Sequence record: MT446416.1 | DNA length: 64,000 bases | Direction: 5' to 3' (one strand) | Part shown: piece by piece, positions 23,749 through 39,051 of the stretch | Position numbering within the stretch: the first letter of the stretch is position 1 | How the letters are laid out: the number at the start of each line of letters is the position of its first letter | The notes under the pieces: model-generated | Told to the model about the DNA's origin: nothing | Database searches by the model: none | What the model saw: the letters and a program-made list of their open reading frames with translations, nothing else | Made by a program: the position numbers and the translations under genes

Positions 23749-25225
23749 CTGTATTTTCCCAATCCTTAACATCTATGATACTATGAGGATATTGTGCTTC
23801 CTTATAGTATTGTAAACGTTCACGTAAGTGTTTTGCACTATATTTGTTTGTACCACTGATATCAAAGATTTCCACGTGGTCTTTGTCTTCTGCACGACGC
23901 AACCCACGACCAATGGACTGTATTGTACGAACGAAGCTTTTTCCTGGTTCGATTAGAACGACATTATACAAACGAGAAATACTGATACCAGTACTTGCTA
24001 CCCCATAGGTTGCAATGAGTATTTTGTTATCAGCCCAGCGAATTTCACCATATGAAGATTCACGGTCTTTCTTTTTGGTTTCCCCACGAACAAATTCTGA
24101 CTTAGGAATACCCAAAAATTCACAAAGCAATTCACCAGCTTCAAGTCTATCAACCAGTACTAAAGTGTTTCCAGATTCTGCTAACGCACCTATCAGTGAT
24201 GCTACATATGCCATTCTATCACGGTCAGTAACTAAGTACTTTAATTCTTCTGCATATGACGCGAACTTTAAATTACTTTTAAGTTTAATACAGTTCACAT
24301 TACATGTGCTTAGTATTTTTTTATCTTGTAATTCTTTAGCTGTGATTTTAAATATCACATCACCAACGTTACATTTAATCTTCGCAGCGACAACTTGGTC
24401 TTTAGGGATTGTACCAGTTAATCCCCAGCGAAGTGGGACGTTATTCATAACTTTAGAGAGTACTTGAACTAATGCATCACCACCAGCACCTTGACACTCA
24501 TCGACAATCACACAAACCACACCATCAATAAAGTCATGAACGTCTTGTTCAGTCAGTTCAATTTCACCTTTCTTTGTTTTCTTCCACAAAGAGTTGAATG
24601 ACTGCCAGGTAGTTATTGTGTGTTGGTGACCAAAGTCTTTCTGTGCACCATAGAACACTCCAGTGTCAAGACCACACATAACATAGTCATCATATGTTTG
24701 CTGCACCAAATCAGTACTAGGTACGATAATCACAGAACGTCCATACTCTTGTACCTTCTTGGATAATGCCGCTGTGATGAGCGTTTTACCAGCCCCTGTA
24801 GCTGCTAATAATAAACCATGTGGGTTTGCAAGGCAAGCATTAACTGCGTTCACCTGATGCTCTCTGAGCTTGATTGACTTACCTTCCATGTGGTGTCCAG
24901 CACCAAACACAACATCACTAAAAATATCTTCATCAATTGGTTCAAAATTGAATCCATAATTGACACGATGATCTTCAAGTTCAATATCAATTTTTGCTTC
25001 ATCTAAGATTGGCAACAACTTATCCAACATGTGGTAGTAAGTACTGCCACCTAAGTTCATAAACTGTACCTTACCATCCCAACGACCAATACGACCAGCA
25101 GGGGTGAACTTAGCGTATGGAAGTACATATTCTGTTGCACGAATCATCTTCTGACGAATTGAGGGATCTAGTCCCTCAAATTTACAATTAACCTCGTCCA
25201 GTAAGGTTAGCTTACAAGTTTTCAT
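23741..25225 (-). CDS. uvsW: UvsW-like SF2 helicase
   Basis: LREHQ, ATGAGKT, VIVDECQ, GLTGT, QSIGRGLR. Confidence 0.9.
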   Translation of the reverse strand: MKTCKLTLLDEVNCKFEGLDPSIRQKMIRATEYVLPYAKFTPAGRIGRWDGKVQFMNLGGSTYYHMLDKLLPILDEAKIDIELEDHRVNYGFNFEPIDEDIFSDVVFGAGHHMEGKSIKLREHQVNAVNACLANPHGLLLAATGAGKTLITAALSKKVQEYGRSVIIVPSTDLVQQTYDDYVMCGLDTGVFYGAQKDFGHQHTITTWQSFNSLWKKTKKGEIELTEQDVHDFIDGVVCVIVDECQGAGGDALVQVLSKVMNNVPLRWGLTGTIPKDQVVAAKIKCNVGDVIFKITAKELQDKKILSTCNVNCIKLKSNLKFASYAEELKYLVTDRDRMAYVASLIGALAESGNTLVLVDRLEAGELLCEFLGIPKSEFVRGETKKKDRESSYGEIRWADNKILIATYGVASTGISISRLYNVVLIEPGKSFVRTIQSIGRGLRRAEDKDHVEIFDISGTNKYSAKHLRERLQYYKEAQYPHSIIDVKDWENTAG

Positions 25226-25240
25226 CCATGAATACCTTTA

Positions 25241-26059
25241 TTAATTAGTTCGAGTATTATATTCGTACTCAAATGTATATACTAAATCTTTATCACAGTT
25301 TGGGTTACTTGCATCAAGGATATCACTATTACTAATCATCCATTCAATATAGTTCAATGGAACAGTTTCCATTGGTTCACCTTTGTGTTTACCGAATGGC
25401 ATGAATTTATAACGCATTGGTGTATTACAGAATGTTACTATTTGTTCACCAATGTCACCATTAGGGTCAATATGACCACGTTCAATAGCAACTTCAATCA
25501 ATTTGATTAGAACTTGGTAACACATGAATACGTCATCTTTTGCTGCGTGAGCATTCACTGCACGATGTACGTCACGATAGCAACCAAATTTATACCACAA
25601 ATAACTTAGAGTTAAGTTTTTGAATTCAGTGTCTTCTGCAAACATCTTCTTAGCTAAACGAAGGGTACAAATCCATTTATCTTCATCGAGCAAGTACTGC
25701 GAAACTGAGTTACGATATTTATATTCGTTATCTACCATCATTCGGCGGTCAAATTGAACGTTGTGTCCAATAAAATAATCACGACACCCCATGAGTGCGT
25801 CGATGTTTTCTAAGTCATCTTTATAACCAATGCAGTTTGCTACATCTTCAGTACTGATAAAATGCACAGCACTTGCTTCGGGTGGTATATCTTTTAGTGG
25901 TTTATAACGCAAAGTGTAGTTATCAATAGTATCAATATTCTCATGTGCACCGTGAGGATATGAAATACTAAATTCAATAATATCATCTTCACTTTCGACA
26001 CCAGTTGTTTCGGTGTCTAGTACTGCTACATTTGATAAAAACGCATCTAATTTTGTCAT
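25241..26059 (-). CDS. DEDDh 3'-5' exonuclease (ExoX/DnaQ-like) with DUF3820-like C-terminus
   Basis: VLDTETTG, GHNVQFD, HAAKDDV; MPFGKHKG..VPLNYIEW. Confidence 0.82.
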   Translation of the reverse strand: MTKLDAFLSNVAVLDTETTGVESEDDIIEFSISYPHGAHENIDTIDNYTLRYKPLKDIPPEASAVHFISTEDVANCIGYKDDLENIDALMGCRDYFIGHNVQFDRRMMVDNEYKYRNSVSQYLLDEDKWICTLRLAKKMFAEDTEFKNLTLSYLWYKFGCYRDVHRAVNAHAAKDDVFMCYQVLIKLIEVAIERGHIDPNGDIGEQIVTFCNTPMRYKFMPFGKHKGEPMETVPLNYIEWMISNSDILDASNPNCDKDLVYTFEYEYNTRTN

Positions 26060-26096
26060 TTTATTCTCGCATAGAAAAAGGACGCGAAATGCGTCC

Positions 26097-26816
26097 TTAT
26101 GATATATTTTCTAGAACAATTTGAATATGATCTTCATCGTATTTTATTCTCAACAATTTAATATTATTTTGATTACAATAATCATTCTTTATTTTATCAT
26201 TTTTCTGAGTTAGTTTTAGTTTTTCTTTACCACCCCAACCACATGATTCAAAATGTTGAAGACCATCATATTCAATACACATATTAAACGTTGGAAGATA
26301 AAAATCAAATCTCAAAGGAAGTATATTTTTACAATCATCAAACGTTTTTTCCATTACACACGATACATTTTTCATATCCAAAATGTTACGTATGTCTTTA
26401 ACTGCCTTTGACATTTTATCAGATATTGCACATTTAATACAACCCTTTCCTGATAAATGGTCATTTGCTCTTTGTAAAAAATCACCATGTATTTTACAAG
26501 TTATAGTGAGTTTTTGTTTGTTGTTTTTGCCATATACAACTTTATCATAGTTATATCTATCACTATGTATTTTATAAGATTCCTCAATGAAGGTTTCAGT
26601 TGTATGTTTGGAACGTCTTGAACATTTAGTACATCCAGCACCTCTGTAATGGACTTTAACAAATTGCTCATAATCACCATGTATTTTACAAGTTACAATA
26701 ACTTTTGAATTTACATTCTCATATACTGTTTTATCATATAAGAATATATCACCATAAATTGATTTTGATTTTTCTATAAATTGTTCTGTTGTTTGCTTTT
26801 TATTATTTGCACCCAT
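26097..26816 (-). mobile_element. free-standing putative homing endonuclease (CxxH/CxxC repeats plus Vsr/DUF559-like nuclease)
   Basis: Two repeats of T..FIE.S..I...Y.YDK.VY...VTCKIHG.F.Q...H..G.GC.KC; FDFYLP...IEYDGLQHF. Confidence 0.7.
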
Positions 26817-26876
26817 AACCGTATCACCTAACAAAAAAGACAGTTTTATATAAAACTGTCTTTTATTTAATTTATA

Positions 26877-27338
26877 TTAGTCTAGTCGGCTATCTTCAAT
26901 ACCCGCAGCACGTAGTCTCACAATATTGTTTAACTGAAAAGCTTTCATCTCTAAGGATTTAACAATACTGGAATATGTGTTACGGATATATGATACTTCA
27001 TTTATAAGTTCAGATAATTCACAAACTTCTTTATCACCCTCAACATACTTTTTACAGTCAGAGGATGATAGTGCTCGACGATATGCTTCAAGGAAATATT
27101 TAAACTTTTCAGCTTGTAGTTGACGCATTTCAATTTCTAGCATTTCAAGTACAGCTTCAAGTTCTTGAAGCTGGCTGAGACGTGTCTCATGCCAGCCGGG
27201 AATCTCCTGTGCAATCTTCTCAATAATGCCAATCTTCTTAACTTCACGACGAGCTTCTTCAGTTTCTTTTTCGAAGTACTCAATCATGTCGATAATTTTA
27301 GATTTGTCATCTTTGATAATCCAGTGCCAAGGTTTCAT
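26877..27338 (-). CDS. uvsY: Recombination mediator UvsY
   Basis: Helical; YRRALSSSDCKKYVEGD; ends LRAAGIED; follows uvsX. Confidence 0.72.
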   Translation of the reverse strand: MKPWHWIIKDDKSKIIDMIEYFEKETEEARREVKKIGIIEKIAQEIPGWHETRLSQLQELEAVLEMLEIEMRQLQAEKFKYFLEAYRRALSSSDCKKYVEGDKEVCELSELINEVSYIRNTYSSIVKSLEMKAFQLNNIVRLRAAGIEDSRLD

Positions 27339-28456
27339 TATTCCTCACTAGTGTCGATATCAGTACCAAATGATTCATCACCTTTTTCTTCTTCTTTGAC
27401 GTCTTCAATCAACGGGTGACGTTTGAATTGATTCATAACTAAATCAAGGCAAGAATCTTCGTTACGCATCCATTCTTTACGATATTTTAGAATCTGTTCA
27501 CCAGTGTCTATATCAACGTACATTAGACGGTTACCCGATTTAACGATAAGTTCATATTTCTCAAACATATCTAGTAGACCACTGCGTGGGTCCATACCTT
27601 TATCCCAAGGAATTTTAATCTCAACATCTTCAAATGGCTTGTTGTAACGAGTCTTCATGACTTTACATTTAGAACGAATACCACTTACATCTGAAGTCTT
27701 GTTGCCTTCTTCATCTTCTTTAAGTTTTAGTTTACCCATTGCGATAACCATAGAAGATGCATAAATCAAACCACTACCACCAGATACTTTTGGGTCAGGG
27801 TTGAACATATCTTGGGATTCATAACTATGGTTTACACAAACCATACCAATGTTAAGTGAACCAATCGAGTTTACGCAGTTGGTGATGTAAGCTTTAAGCT
27901 GTTTAGGTTTGTGACCCATATCACCTTTCAAGTTACCAGCTTTCATCTGGTCATTAGCAACTTCAGTATTCAACATACCAATTGAGTCGATAATGAATAA
28001 TACTTTTTGACGTTCTTCTTTAGGAGTATTTTCGTATTCTTTACGATACCCTTCGATGAACTCATAGGTAAATTTAGCAACATCACCAATCATACCCATG
28101 TTTACTTTTAGTAGTTTTTCTTCTGAAGTGTCTACGCCTAGTGCTTGTAGCCAATCTGAATCCAATGCGTTCTCGGAATCAATCATAACAACAAAGATAC
28201 CTTGTTGTTGTGCTTCACGGGCGATGTTTCCAGAAACGATAAATGATTTACCAGAACCAGATTCACCAGCAAACATTGTTACTTTACCTAGTGGAATACC
28301 ACGGTCAAAATAACCACTAATACGATAGTTCAAAGCAAAGTTACCAGTACTAATCCATGTATCAGGATCATGAAAGCCTACACTAACACCAGTATTCTTT
28401 TTAACACTACCAGTACTATTTTTTAGAATGTTTGCAAAACCACTTGTCATTTTCAT
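27338..28456 (-). CDS. uvsX: RecA-like recombinase UvsX
   Basis: ISTGNFALN, AGESGSGKS, IDSENALD, IIDSIGML, VSGGSG. Confidence 0.92.
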   Translation of the reverse strand: MKMTSGFANILKNSTGSVKKNTGVSVGFHDPDTWISTGNFALNYRISGYFDRGIPLGKVTMFAGESGSGKSFIVSGNIAREAQQQGIFVVMIDSENALDSDWLQALGVDTSEEKLLKVNMGMIGDVAKFTYEFIEGYRKEYENTPKEERQKVLFIIDSIGMLNTEVANDQMKAGNLKGDMGHKPKQLKAYITNCVNSIGSLNIGMVCVNHSYESQDMFNPDPKVSGGSGLIYASSMVIAMGKLKLKEDEEGNKTSDVSGIRSKCKVMKTRYNKPFEDVEIKIPWDKGMDPRSGLLDMFEKYELIVKSGNRLMYVDIDTGEQILKYRKEWMRNEDSCLDLVMNQFKRHPLIEDVKEEEKGDESFGTDIDTSEE

Positions 28457-28525
28457 AATTCGCTCCTTGAATTTTATGAAATAAAACGGGGCAAACTCCG
28501 TTGCCCCTTAACTTTTCAAATACTA

Positions 28526-29593
28526 TTACTTACCTTGTTGTTTCAAACGAGCAACTAGTGCAGATGCAGAAAGTTGTTCTTTTGGAGCTTCAGCTACTGG
28601 TGCTGGTGCAGTAGCTACTGGTTCAGCAGCAGGAGTAGGAGTAGCTACTGGTGCTTGCGGTGCAGGAGTTTGTGCAGGAGCAGGTTGTTGTACTGGAGCT
28701 TGTGGAGCAGGTTTGTTTTCACTAATAGTACCAGTTGTTGGTTTTTGTACACCTGCTGGACGGTAAGCGAAAGCCCAACGTGCAGGGTCATAAGGTTTAC
28801 CATCAACAGATGCTTCGAACATTTCTTCGATAGCTTTTAGTTCTTCTGGAGTTGGTTGTTTTGGCATAAAATCATTTAGATTATATAGACCAAACTTTTC
28901 AATCGCTGCTAGTTCTTCTTCATTGAGTGGACGCTCGGACATGGAGAATTGAGACATGTCATAGCTATTGTAACCACCACCATTCTTAGTTTTAACAATA
29001 CCAAAGTCACGACCATGAATATAGTGAGTTGGTAGTTCTTTGATGCCTGGATTTAGCAGGATAGATTTAACTTTATCAAAGATATCTTTGTTAGCTAGGA
29101 TACGACGGATTGGGTTTTCTGGAGCAATATCGTCTTTTACTGCTACGCTATCAGGAGCAACGAAACATTGCATTAGATAGGTTTTCTTTTTCCAGTAACG
29201 ACCAGCCATTGCTTTCAGTTCTTCGTTTCCAGTTTCATTCGCACTTTGGAACCATTGACGTACTTCTTTAAGAATTGGACATGATTTAGGAACCCACATT
29301 TCGTTACATGGTACTTGAACGGTAACTTTATCAGTGTGCATACCAACAATACCTTGGAACGTTAGGTTGATCATATCACGTTCACGCCAGAAGAATGGGT
29401 TAGACTCATCAGCATCTGGTAGAAAACGTAGGTTTAGTGGTTCATTGTAAGGGACATTCCAGAAAGCTAGGAAAGAATCGGCTTTACGGTCGCCTGTAAA
29501 TGTACCATTCTTCTGTGCTTCTGCTTTTTCTTGTTCAGCTTTTAGTTTTGCACGAATTTCAGCTAGAGTTTGCATATTGGGCTTCCTTGTCAT
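28526..29593 (-). CDS. gp32: Single-stranded DNA-binding protein (gp32-like)
   Basis: LRFLPD, Zn site VPC...SCPI, YWKKKTY; Pro/Ala-rich linker. Confidence 0.8.
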   Translation of the reverse strand: MTRKPNMQTLAEIRAKLKAEQEKAEAQKNGTFTGDRKADSFLAFWNVPYNEPLNLRFLPDADESNPFFWRERDMINLTFQGIVGMHTDKVTVQVPCNEMWVPKSCPILKEVRQWFQSANETGNEELKAMAGRYWKKKTYLMQCFVAPDSVAVKDDIAPENPIRRILANKDIFDKVKSILLNPGIKELPTHYIHGRDFGIVKTKNGGGYNSYDMSQFSMSERPLNEEELAAIEKFGLYNLNDFMPKQPTPEELKAIEEMFEASVDGKPYDPARWAFAYRPAGVQKPTTGTISENKPAPQAPVQQPAPAQTPAPQAPVATPTPAAEPVATAPAPVAEAPKEQLSASALVARLKQQGK

Positions 29594-29662
29594 TAGTTTG
29601 TTTGTTAAGTTTTAACGGGCTATTAACGTTGATTTGTCTTCATTGACTCATCAACAATTTAC

Positions 29663-29691
29663 ATTATATCATGGGATTTTTAACCGTCCCA
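29663..29691 (-). promoter_or_regulatory. promoter TGGGAC-N17-TATAAT upstream of gp32
   Basis: Read directly. Confidence 0.7.
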
Positions 29692-29737
29692 AGGTTTTTT
29701 ACTCTGTTTGTCAAGGCTCATTGCCCTGACAAACATC

Positions 29738-34993
<5,256 letters not shown>

Positions 34994-35115
34994 GATTTGA
35001 TAAATAATATCATAGAGATCAGGGAATATTGCCTTAAATTTAAATGTGGTTTATATTTTTTGATAAATAATATTAAGCAGGGTGTTCCTGCACAAAATTT
35101 GACAAGGAGATTTTT

Positions 35116-35715
35116 ATGAGTCTTAATTCTTTTAACCGTAACTATGGTATGTCTGCTACTGCTCGTGAATACTGGGGTGGTAACAATGGTTTCGTAACCA
35201 TCGTTGTTGATCTACCAGCAGATGTTGAAGTTGGTACTACCGCTGTTACTTCTGACGGTTCCGAAATTCAAGATGAAGCACTACAAACTGCAATCAGTAA
35301 TGCTCAATACAACCAATTCATGATTACCCAACTACTACAACAACGTGCAGTACTAGTTACTACTTCCGTACTAGCTCTAGACACCGCTGTTGTTATCCCT
35401 GCTGACTTTAAAACCGTTGGTGGTAACGTAATCGCGTTTGGTACTAGTGGTACTGATGTTGCAGGTGGTGCTGGTTCTGTTGCTCTAACCTTCATCTGTG
35501 AACGTCAAGACGTATTTGACAAACAAGAAGTTCGCCCAGGTGCTGCTTACTCTGTTCCAGTTGATCCAACTGTTGAACTAGCTAAAGCAATTGCACAAGC
35601 TAAATTCTTCCGTACCAAATCTTATGTTGCTCTAGGTACTGATGGTGTTGGTGATGCTGCTGCGGCTGACGCTGTTGCAATTAAAGTTCGTGCTGCTCTA
35701 CCAGTACAACTATAA
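35116..35715 (+). CDS. abundant virion structural protein A
   Basis: AAGGAG SD, TAAATA boxes, very biased codons; paralog of the next gene. Confidence 0.65.
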   Translation: MSLNSFNRNYGMSATAREYWGGNNGFVTIVVDLPADVEVGTTAVTSDGSEIQDEALQTAISNAQYNQFMITQLLQQRAVLVTTSVLALDTAVVIPADFKTVGGNVIAFGTSGTDVAGGAGSVALTFICERQDVFDKQEVRPGAAYSVPVDPTVELAKAIAQAKFFRTKSYVALGTDGVGDAAAADAVAIKVRAALPVQL

Positions 35716-35730
35716 TAGGGGGACTACAAT

Positions 35731-36420
35731 ATGTCTAATACTAATACTTCTTTTGAACGTATCAATGGTTATTCCTTTGATAAAATTCTAGGTTACTTCT
35801 GTGGTAAAAACGCCCTAGCATCTATCGCAATTAGTAAAATTGGTAATGTTAACGTGCGTGTTACTGGTGCAGTTGGTTCTTTCGCTGGTCTACAACGTTT
35901 CCTAAACACTGACGTAGCTGATGAAATCGTTGCATATCTAAACGAAAAAGGTATCATCCGTATCGATGGTACTCCATTTGAAGCAGCAACTCTAGAAGCT
36001 GATTATAACGCTGCTTACGCTGCACAAACTAACGTTAAACGTATCGTTGATGTTGTTCAACAACGTGCAGTTATCATCGCTACTTCCGAAATCGCTGGCA
36101 ACGACGCTGAGCCATTTGCAGTTACTGGTTTTACCAACGCTGCTGACGGTATCCTAAGTGTTGGTGCTGTTGATATCGCTAGTGCTTCAGTAGTTACTTT
36201 CCTCGTTGAACGTGCTAACGTATTTGATAAAGATATTCAATCTTTCCAAGGCGTTCCGAGTACTGAGATCGAAGAAGGCCGTCTACTAATTGATGACCTA
36301 ACCGCAGTTCCACTACTCGCTAAAGATGGTGTTACTGAAGTTGTTCTACGTTCCCAAGCTGCTGATGCTGCTGGTGACTTCGGTATCAAACTATTCAAAT
36401 TCATCCCAGCGATGGTTTAA
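35731..36420 (+). CDS. abundant virion structural protein B
   Basis: Shares QQRAV...TS and TF..ER..VFDK with the previous gene. Confidence 0.65.
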   Translation: MSNTNTSFERINGYSFDKILGYFCGKNALASIAISKIGNVNVRVTGAVGSFAGLQRFLNTDVADEIVAYLNEKGIIRIDGTPFEAATLEADYNAAYAAQTNVKRIVDVVQQRAVIIATSEIAGNDAEPFAVTGFTNAADGILSVGAVDIASASVVTFLVERANVFDKDIQSFQGVPSTEIEEGRLLIDDLTAVPLLAKDGVTEVVLRSQAADAAGDFGIKLFKFIPAMV

Positions 36421-36437
36421 TAAATTAAAGATAAAAG

Positions 36438-36465
36438 AAAAGGAGAGCTTTTGCTCTCCTTTTTT
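36438..36465. terminator. bidirectional intrinsic terminator
   Basis: AGGAGAGC-TTTT-GCTCTCCT with A and T runs. Confidence 0.8.
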
Positions 36466-37189
36466 ATTTGTATGAACGGAACCCTTCAGGTAAACCAGGT
36501 AGATTCTCTAACCCTTCGTTCGCATTCACTAGCTTTACGTCATAATCATCACTGAAATCATCCGTAGCTAGTTTACGCCCCATGTCTCTAACGAAGTTGT
36601 CAATAATTTCTTCTTCGTCATTACCTGGATGACCTTCCGCTTTTAACTTTTTCCAAAAGTATTCATTATAATCAAAAACAAATTCAACTTCATTTGTTTC
36701 TGGATTAAGTACTACATCCAAATCAATCCAAGGTTCTTTACGTAAAGTAAAGATTTCCTTTGAATACTCTTGTTGTGTAATCTCTTCATAACGATATGCA
36801 AACTCGATAGCTTTAAGACGTTTGTCATCACCATCAGGCATTAGTTCGATTACTTCCATATCATACTCTTTTTGAGTAATTGCACCAGTACTCAATTTGG
36901 CATCAAGTAATTTTACATTATACTCATCACGGGTAATCTTGGAATACTTCAATTGTACATCTGCCTGTGCTATTAGATAATCAAGAGTTTCTAATACATT
37001 GTATTTCTTTTTGATATCCAACTGTGCTACATCAACTTCATATGGTGTTAGATATGTAAGTTCTGCAACTAACATATCAGCTTCATAATCATCGTTATAG
37101 TAGTATGCTTTCGCAATCTCTTTCGCTTTTCCAGAAAGTCCCCAGTGAGCGGGGACCATCCAGAAAGGAATAAACCTTTTTTTAGCCAT
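36464..37189 (-). CDS. hypothetical protein
   Basis: Start moved to ATG 37189; PFWMVPAHWGLSG. Confidence 0.6.
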   Translation of the reverse strand: MAKKRFIPFWMVPAHWGLSGKAKEIAKAYYYNDDYEADMLVAELTYLTPYEVDVAQLDIKKKYNVLETLDYLIAQADVQLKYSKITRDEYNVKLLDAKLSTGAITQKEYDMEVIELMPDGDDKRLKAIEFAYRYEEITQQEYSKEIFTLRKEPWIDLDVVLNPETNEVEFVFDYNEYFWKKLKAEGHPGNDEEEIIDNFVRDMGRKLATDDFSDDYDVKLVNANEGLENLPGLPEGFRSYK

Positions 37190-37484
37190 TTGATTTCTTA
37201 CCAAAAATTTCTTCAATTTTCATCACATAATATGTGTCTTCACCACCACCAAGATCTTCAGTGATAGGAGTGTTTAGTGATGAACGACCGAATACAACCA
37301 TATCACCAACACAAATATTATGTTCTGCAATTTGTCCATTAGGTAGTACTTTACCTTCACCAACTGAAATCACCATACCAACACATGGTGGTTCAACGTT
37401 TCCTAGGATAATACCACCAGTACTTTTATTCTGTGCTTCAATTTGACGAACCAGTACATAATCGTTAATCATTTTAATTTTCAT
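37182..37484 (-). CDS. groES: GroES-like co-chaperonin
   Basis: IKMINDYVLVR, KSTGGIIL, GMVISVGEG, VGDMVVF. Confidence 0.88.
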   Translation of the reverse strand: MKIKMINDYVLVRQIEAQNKSTGGIILGNVEPPCVGMVISVGEGKVLPNGQIAEHNICVGDMVVFGRSSLNTPITEDLGGGEDTYYVMKIEEIFGKKSNG

Positions 37485-37485
37485 A

Positions 37486-37692
37486 TCAGTAACCTCCAGT
37501 GTTTGCAAACCATTTACCACGGAAATAAAGATTAGCACCTTTATCACCTGGGGTAAAAACTTCCAACTTCATAGTCTTCTCACCATTACATTGTGGACAA
37601 TCATGAGGTTCTTCACGATTGGCAATTTTTACAATCTTTTCTAAACTGTGTTTACATTCTTCTTTTTCACAACGATATGTATATAATGGCAT
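37486..37692 (-). CDS. FmdB-like zinc-ribbon protein
   Basis: MPLYTYRCEKEEC...CPQC...F.GKWF..GY. Confidence 0.75.
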   Translation of the reverse strand: MPLYTYRCEKEECKHSLEKIVKIANREEPHDCPQCNGEKTMKLEVFTPGDKGANLYFRGKWFANTGGY

Positions 37693-37760
37693 TTTTTTGT
37701 CTTCCTTTACTTATTTTTAAATCAAAAATTTGGGGAACTCCATGTTCCCCATTATTTATA

Positions 37761-38492
37761 TTAGCAACCAGTTACGTAAATCTTGTATACCGCAATACCA
37801 GTGTCTAGAGTTACGTTTAGCATACCAGTTTTGGTAATACCTAGGGTAACAGATTCTGCGTTAGAAACGCGAGATAGAGCTTGTAGAACACGGTCAATGT
37901 TATAACCAAAACCAAGACCTAGTTCACCTTCAGTTTTAGAGAATGCTAGTGCACCAACGTGGTTACTTTTGTTCTTCTCACCAACGTGGAAGTAAAGAGT
38001 ATCACCTTCAGTGTATGGAGTTACTAGAGAACTGAAAGATTTAAACACACCAGAGAAGCTTTTTAGTTCCTGAACTTTAGCTGCACTAGGTGTAACCTGT
38101 ACGTCATATGGTTGTTCGTGGAAACGAGGCTGGGCTGGAATTAGTTTTTCTGGTTGAACCATGAAAGTAGTACTTGCATCTTCTGCTTTGAATGCTAGGC
38201 TCTTAACTGCACCATCTTTCAAATTAGAAGTGATAGTAGTTCCTTCAGTACTATAAGTTTTTAGAGACATTAGACCCTGTAGAAGACCTAGGTTACCAAG
38301 ACCAAAACGACCTTGAACTTCTGGTACGTTTTCTTTAGTGTGAGCACGCATAACTAGGGTGCGGTCATCGGTGTATGCTTCCATGTAAACACGCTGTCCA
38401 TCACCACGGTCTTCACTGCTAACTGCGATACAAGAAAAGTCGATGCCGTTGGTAGTGTTAACTAGGTCACGTAGTACGTTGCGTAGATCCAT
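37761..38492 (-). CDS. gp45: putative sliding clamp (gp45-like)
   Basis: 243 aa two-domain alpha/beta pattern; FGLGNLGLL; close to gp43. Confidence 0.55.
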   Translation of the reverse strand: MDLRNVLRDLVNTTNGIDFSCIAVSSEDRGDGQRVYMEAYTDDRTLVMRAHTKENVPEVQGRFGLGNLGLLQGLMSLKTYSTEGTTITSNLKDGAVKSLAFKAEDASTTFMVQPEKLIPAQPRFHEQPYDVQVTPSAAKVQELKSFSGVFKSFSSLVTPYTEGDTLYFHVGEKNKSNHVGALAFSKTEGELGLGFGYNIDRVLQALSRVSNAESVTLGITKTGMLNVTLDTGIAVYKIYVTGC

Positions 38493-38559
38493 TATATAAT
38501 TCTCCGTTTTATTTGTTAATCAAAAATGTTTTTGTATGCTTCAGATTACTACAAGCACC

Positions 38560-38588
38560 ATTATATCTCGTGAATGATGCTTGTCTCA
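38560..38588 (-). promoter_or_regulatory. promoter TGAGAC-N17-TATAAT
   Basis: Read directly. Confidence 0.68.
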
Positions 38589-38596
38589 ATTTTTTA

Positions 38597-38899
38597 TCAG
38601 TATTTTGTGTTCCAACGTTTAAGGTACGGCTTATCAGAGTTTGCACCTGCACCAATGTTGAATTTGTAACGTAGATGTTCTAAGTCTTTTAACGTGTTAA
38701 CATCTTCAACAATGACAACTTTGCGTTTCTTTTCAATAGAATAGACGTCAACAATCTCACCGTCAATTTCAACAGAACCAGTTCTGGTGAAACCAGCAGA
38801 CATTAGAACAACTTCATCATCATTATTGTATGCAAGTACTGAATTTACGATAGTACTATCTTCCAGTACTGCACCAACACGCTTATAGATATTTTCCAT
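38597..38899 (-). CDS. hypothetical protein
   Basis: Start moved to ATG 38899 (AAGGAG SD). Confidence 0.55.
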   Translation of the reverse strand: MENIYKRVGAVLEDSTIVNSVLAYNNDDEVVLMSAGFTRTGSVEIDGEIVDVYSIEKKRKVVIVEDVNTLKDLEHLRYKFNIGAGANSDKPYLKRWNTKY

Positions 38900-38900
38900 A

Positions 38901-39041
38901 TTACTCTCCTTGGGATGCACTCCATAAAACGTACTGTTCCCACGCCTCGTTAACACTGTCCTCAGACAGTGCTAGTGATTCATCAGAGAATACGTCATTT
39001 ACTTCGTCATATTTTAGTTTAGTTTCGTCTGCAATAATCAT
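38901..39041 (-). CDS. small acidic hypothetical protein
   Basis: AAGGA SD, 46 aa. Confidence 0.45.
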   Translation of the reverse strand: MIIADETKLKYDEVNDVFSDESLALSEDSVNEAWEQYVLWSASQGE

Positions 39042-39051
39042 AATATTTTCC

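Noticed and set aside
28560-28730. GC-richer quasi-repeats (GCTCCTG/GCACCAG-like)
   Set aside because: Encode the Pro/Ala/Gln linker of gp32; not a DNA repeat element
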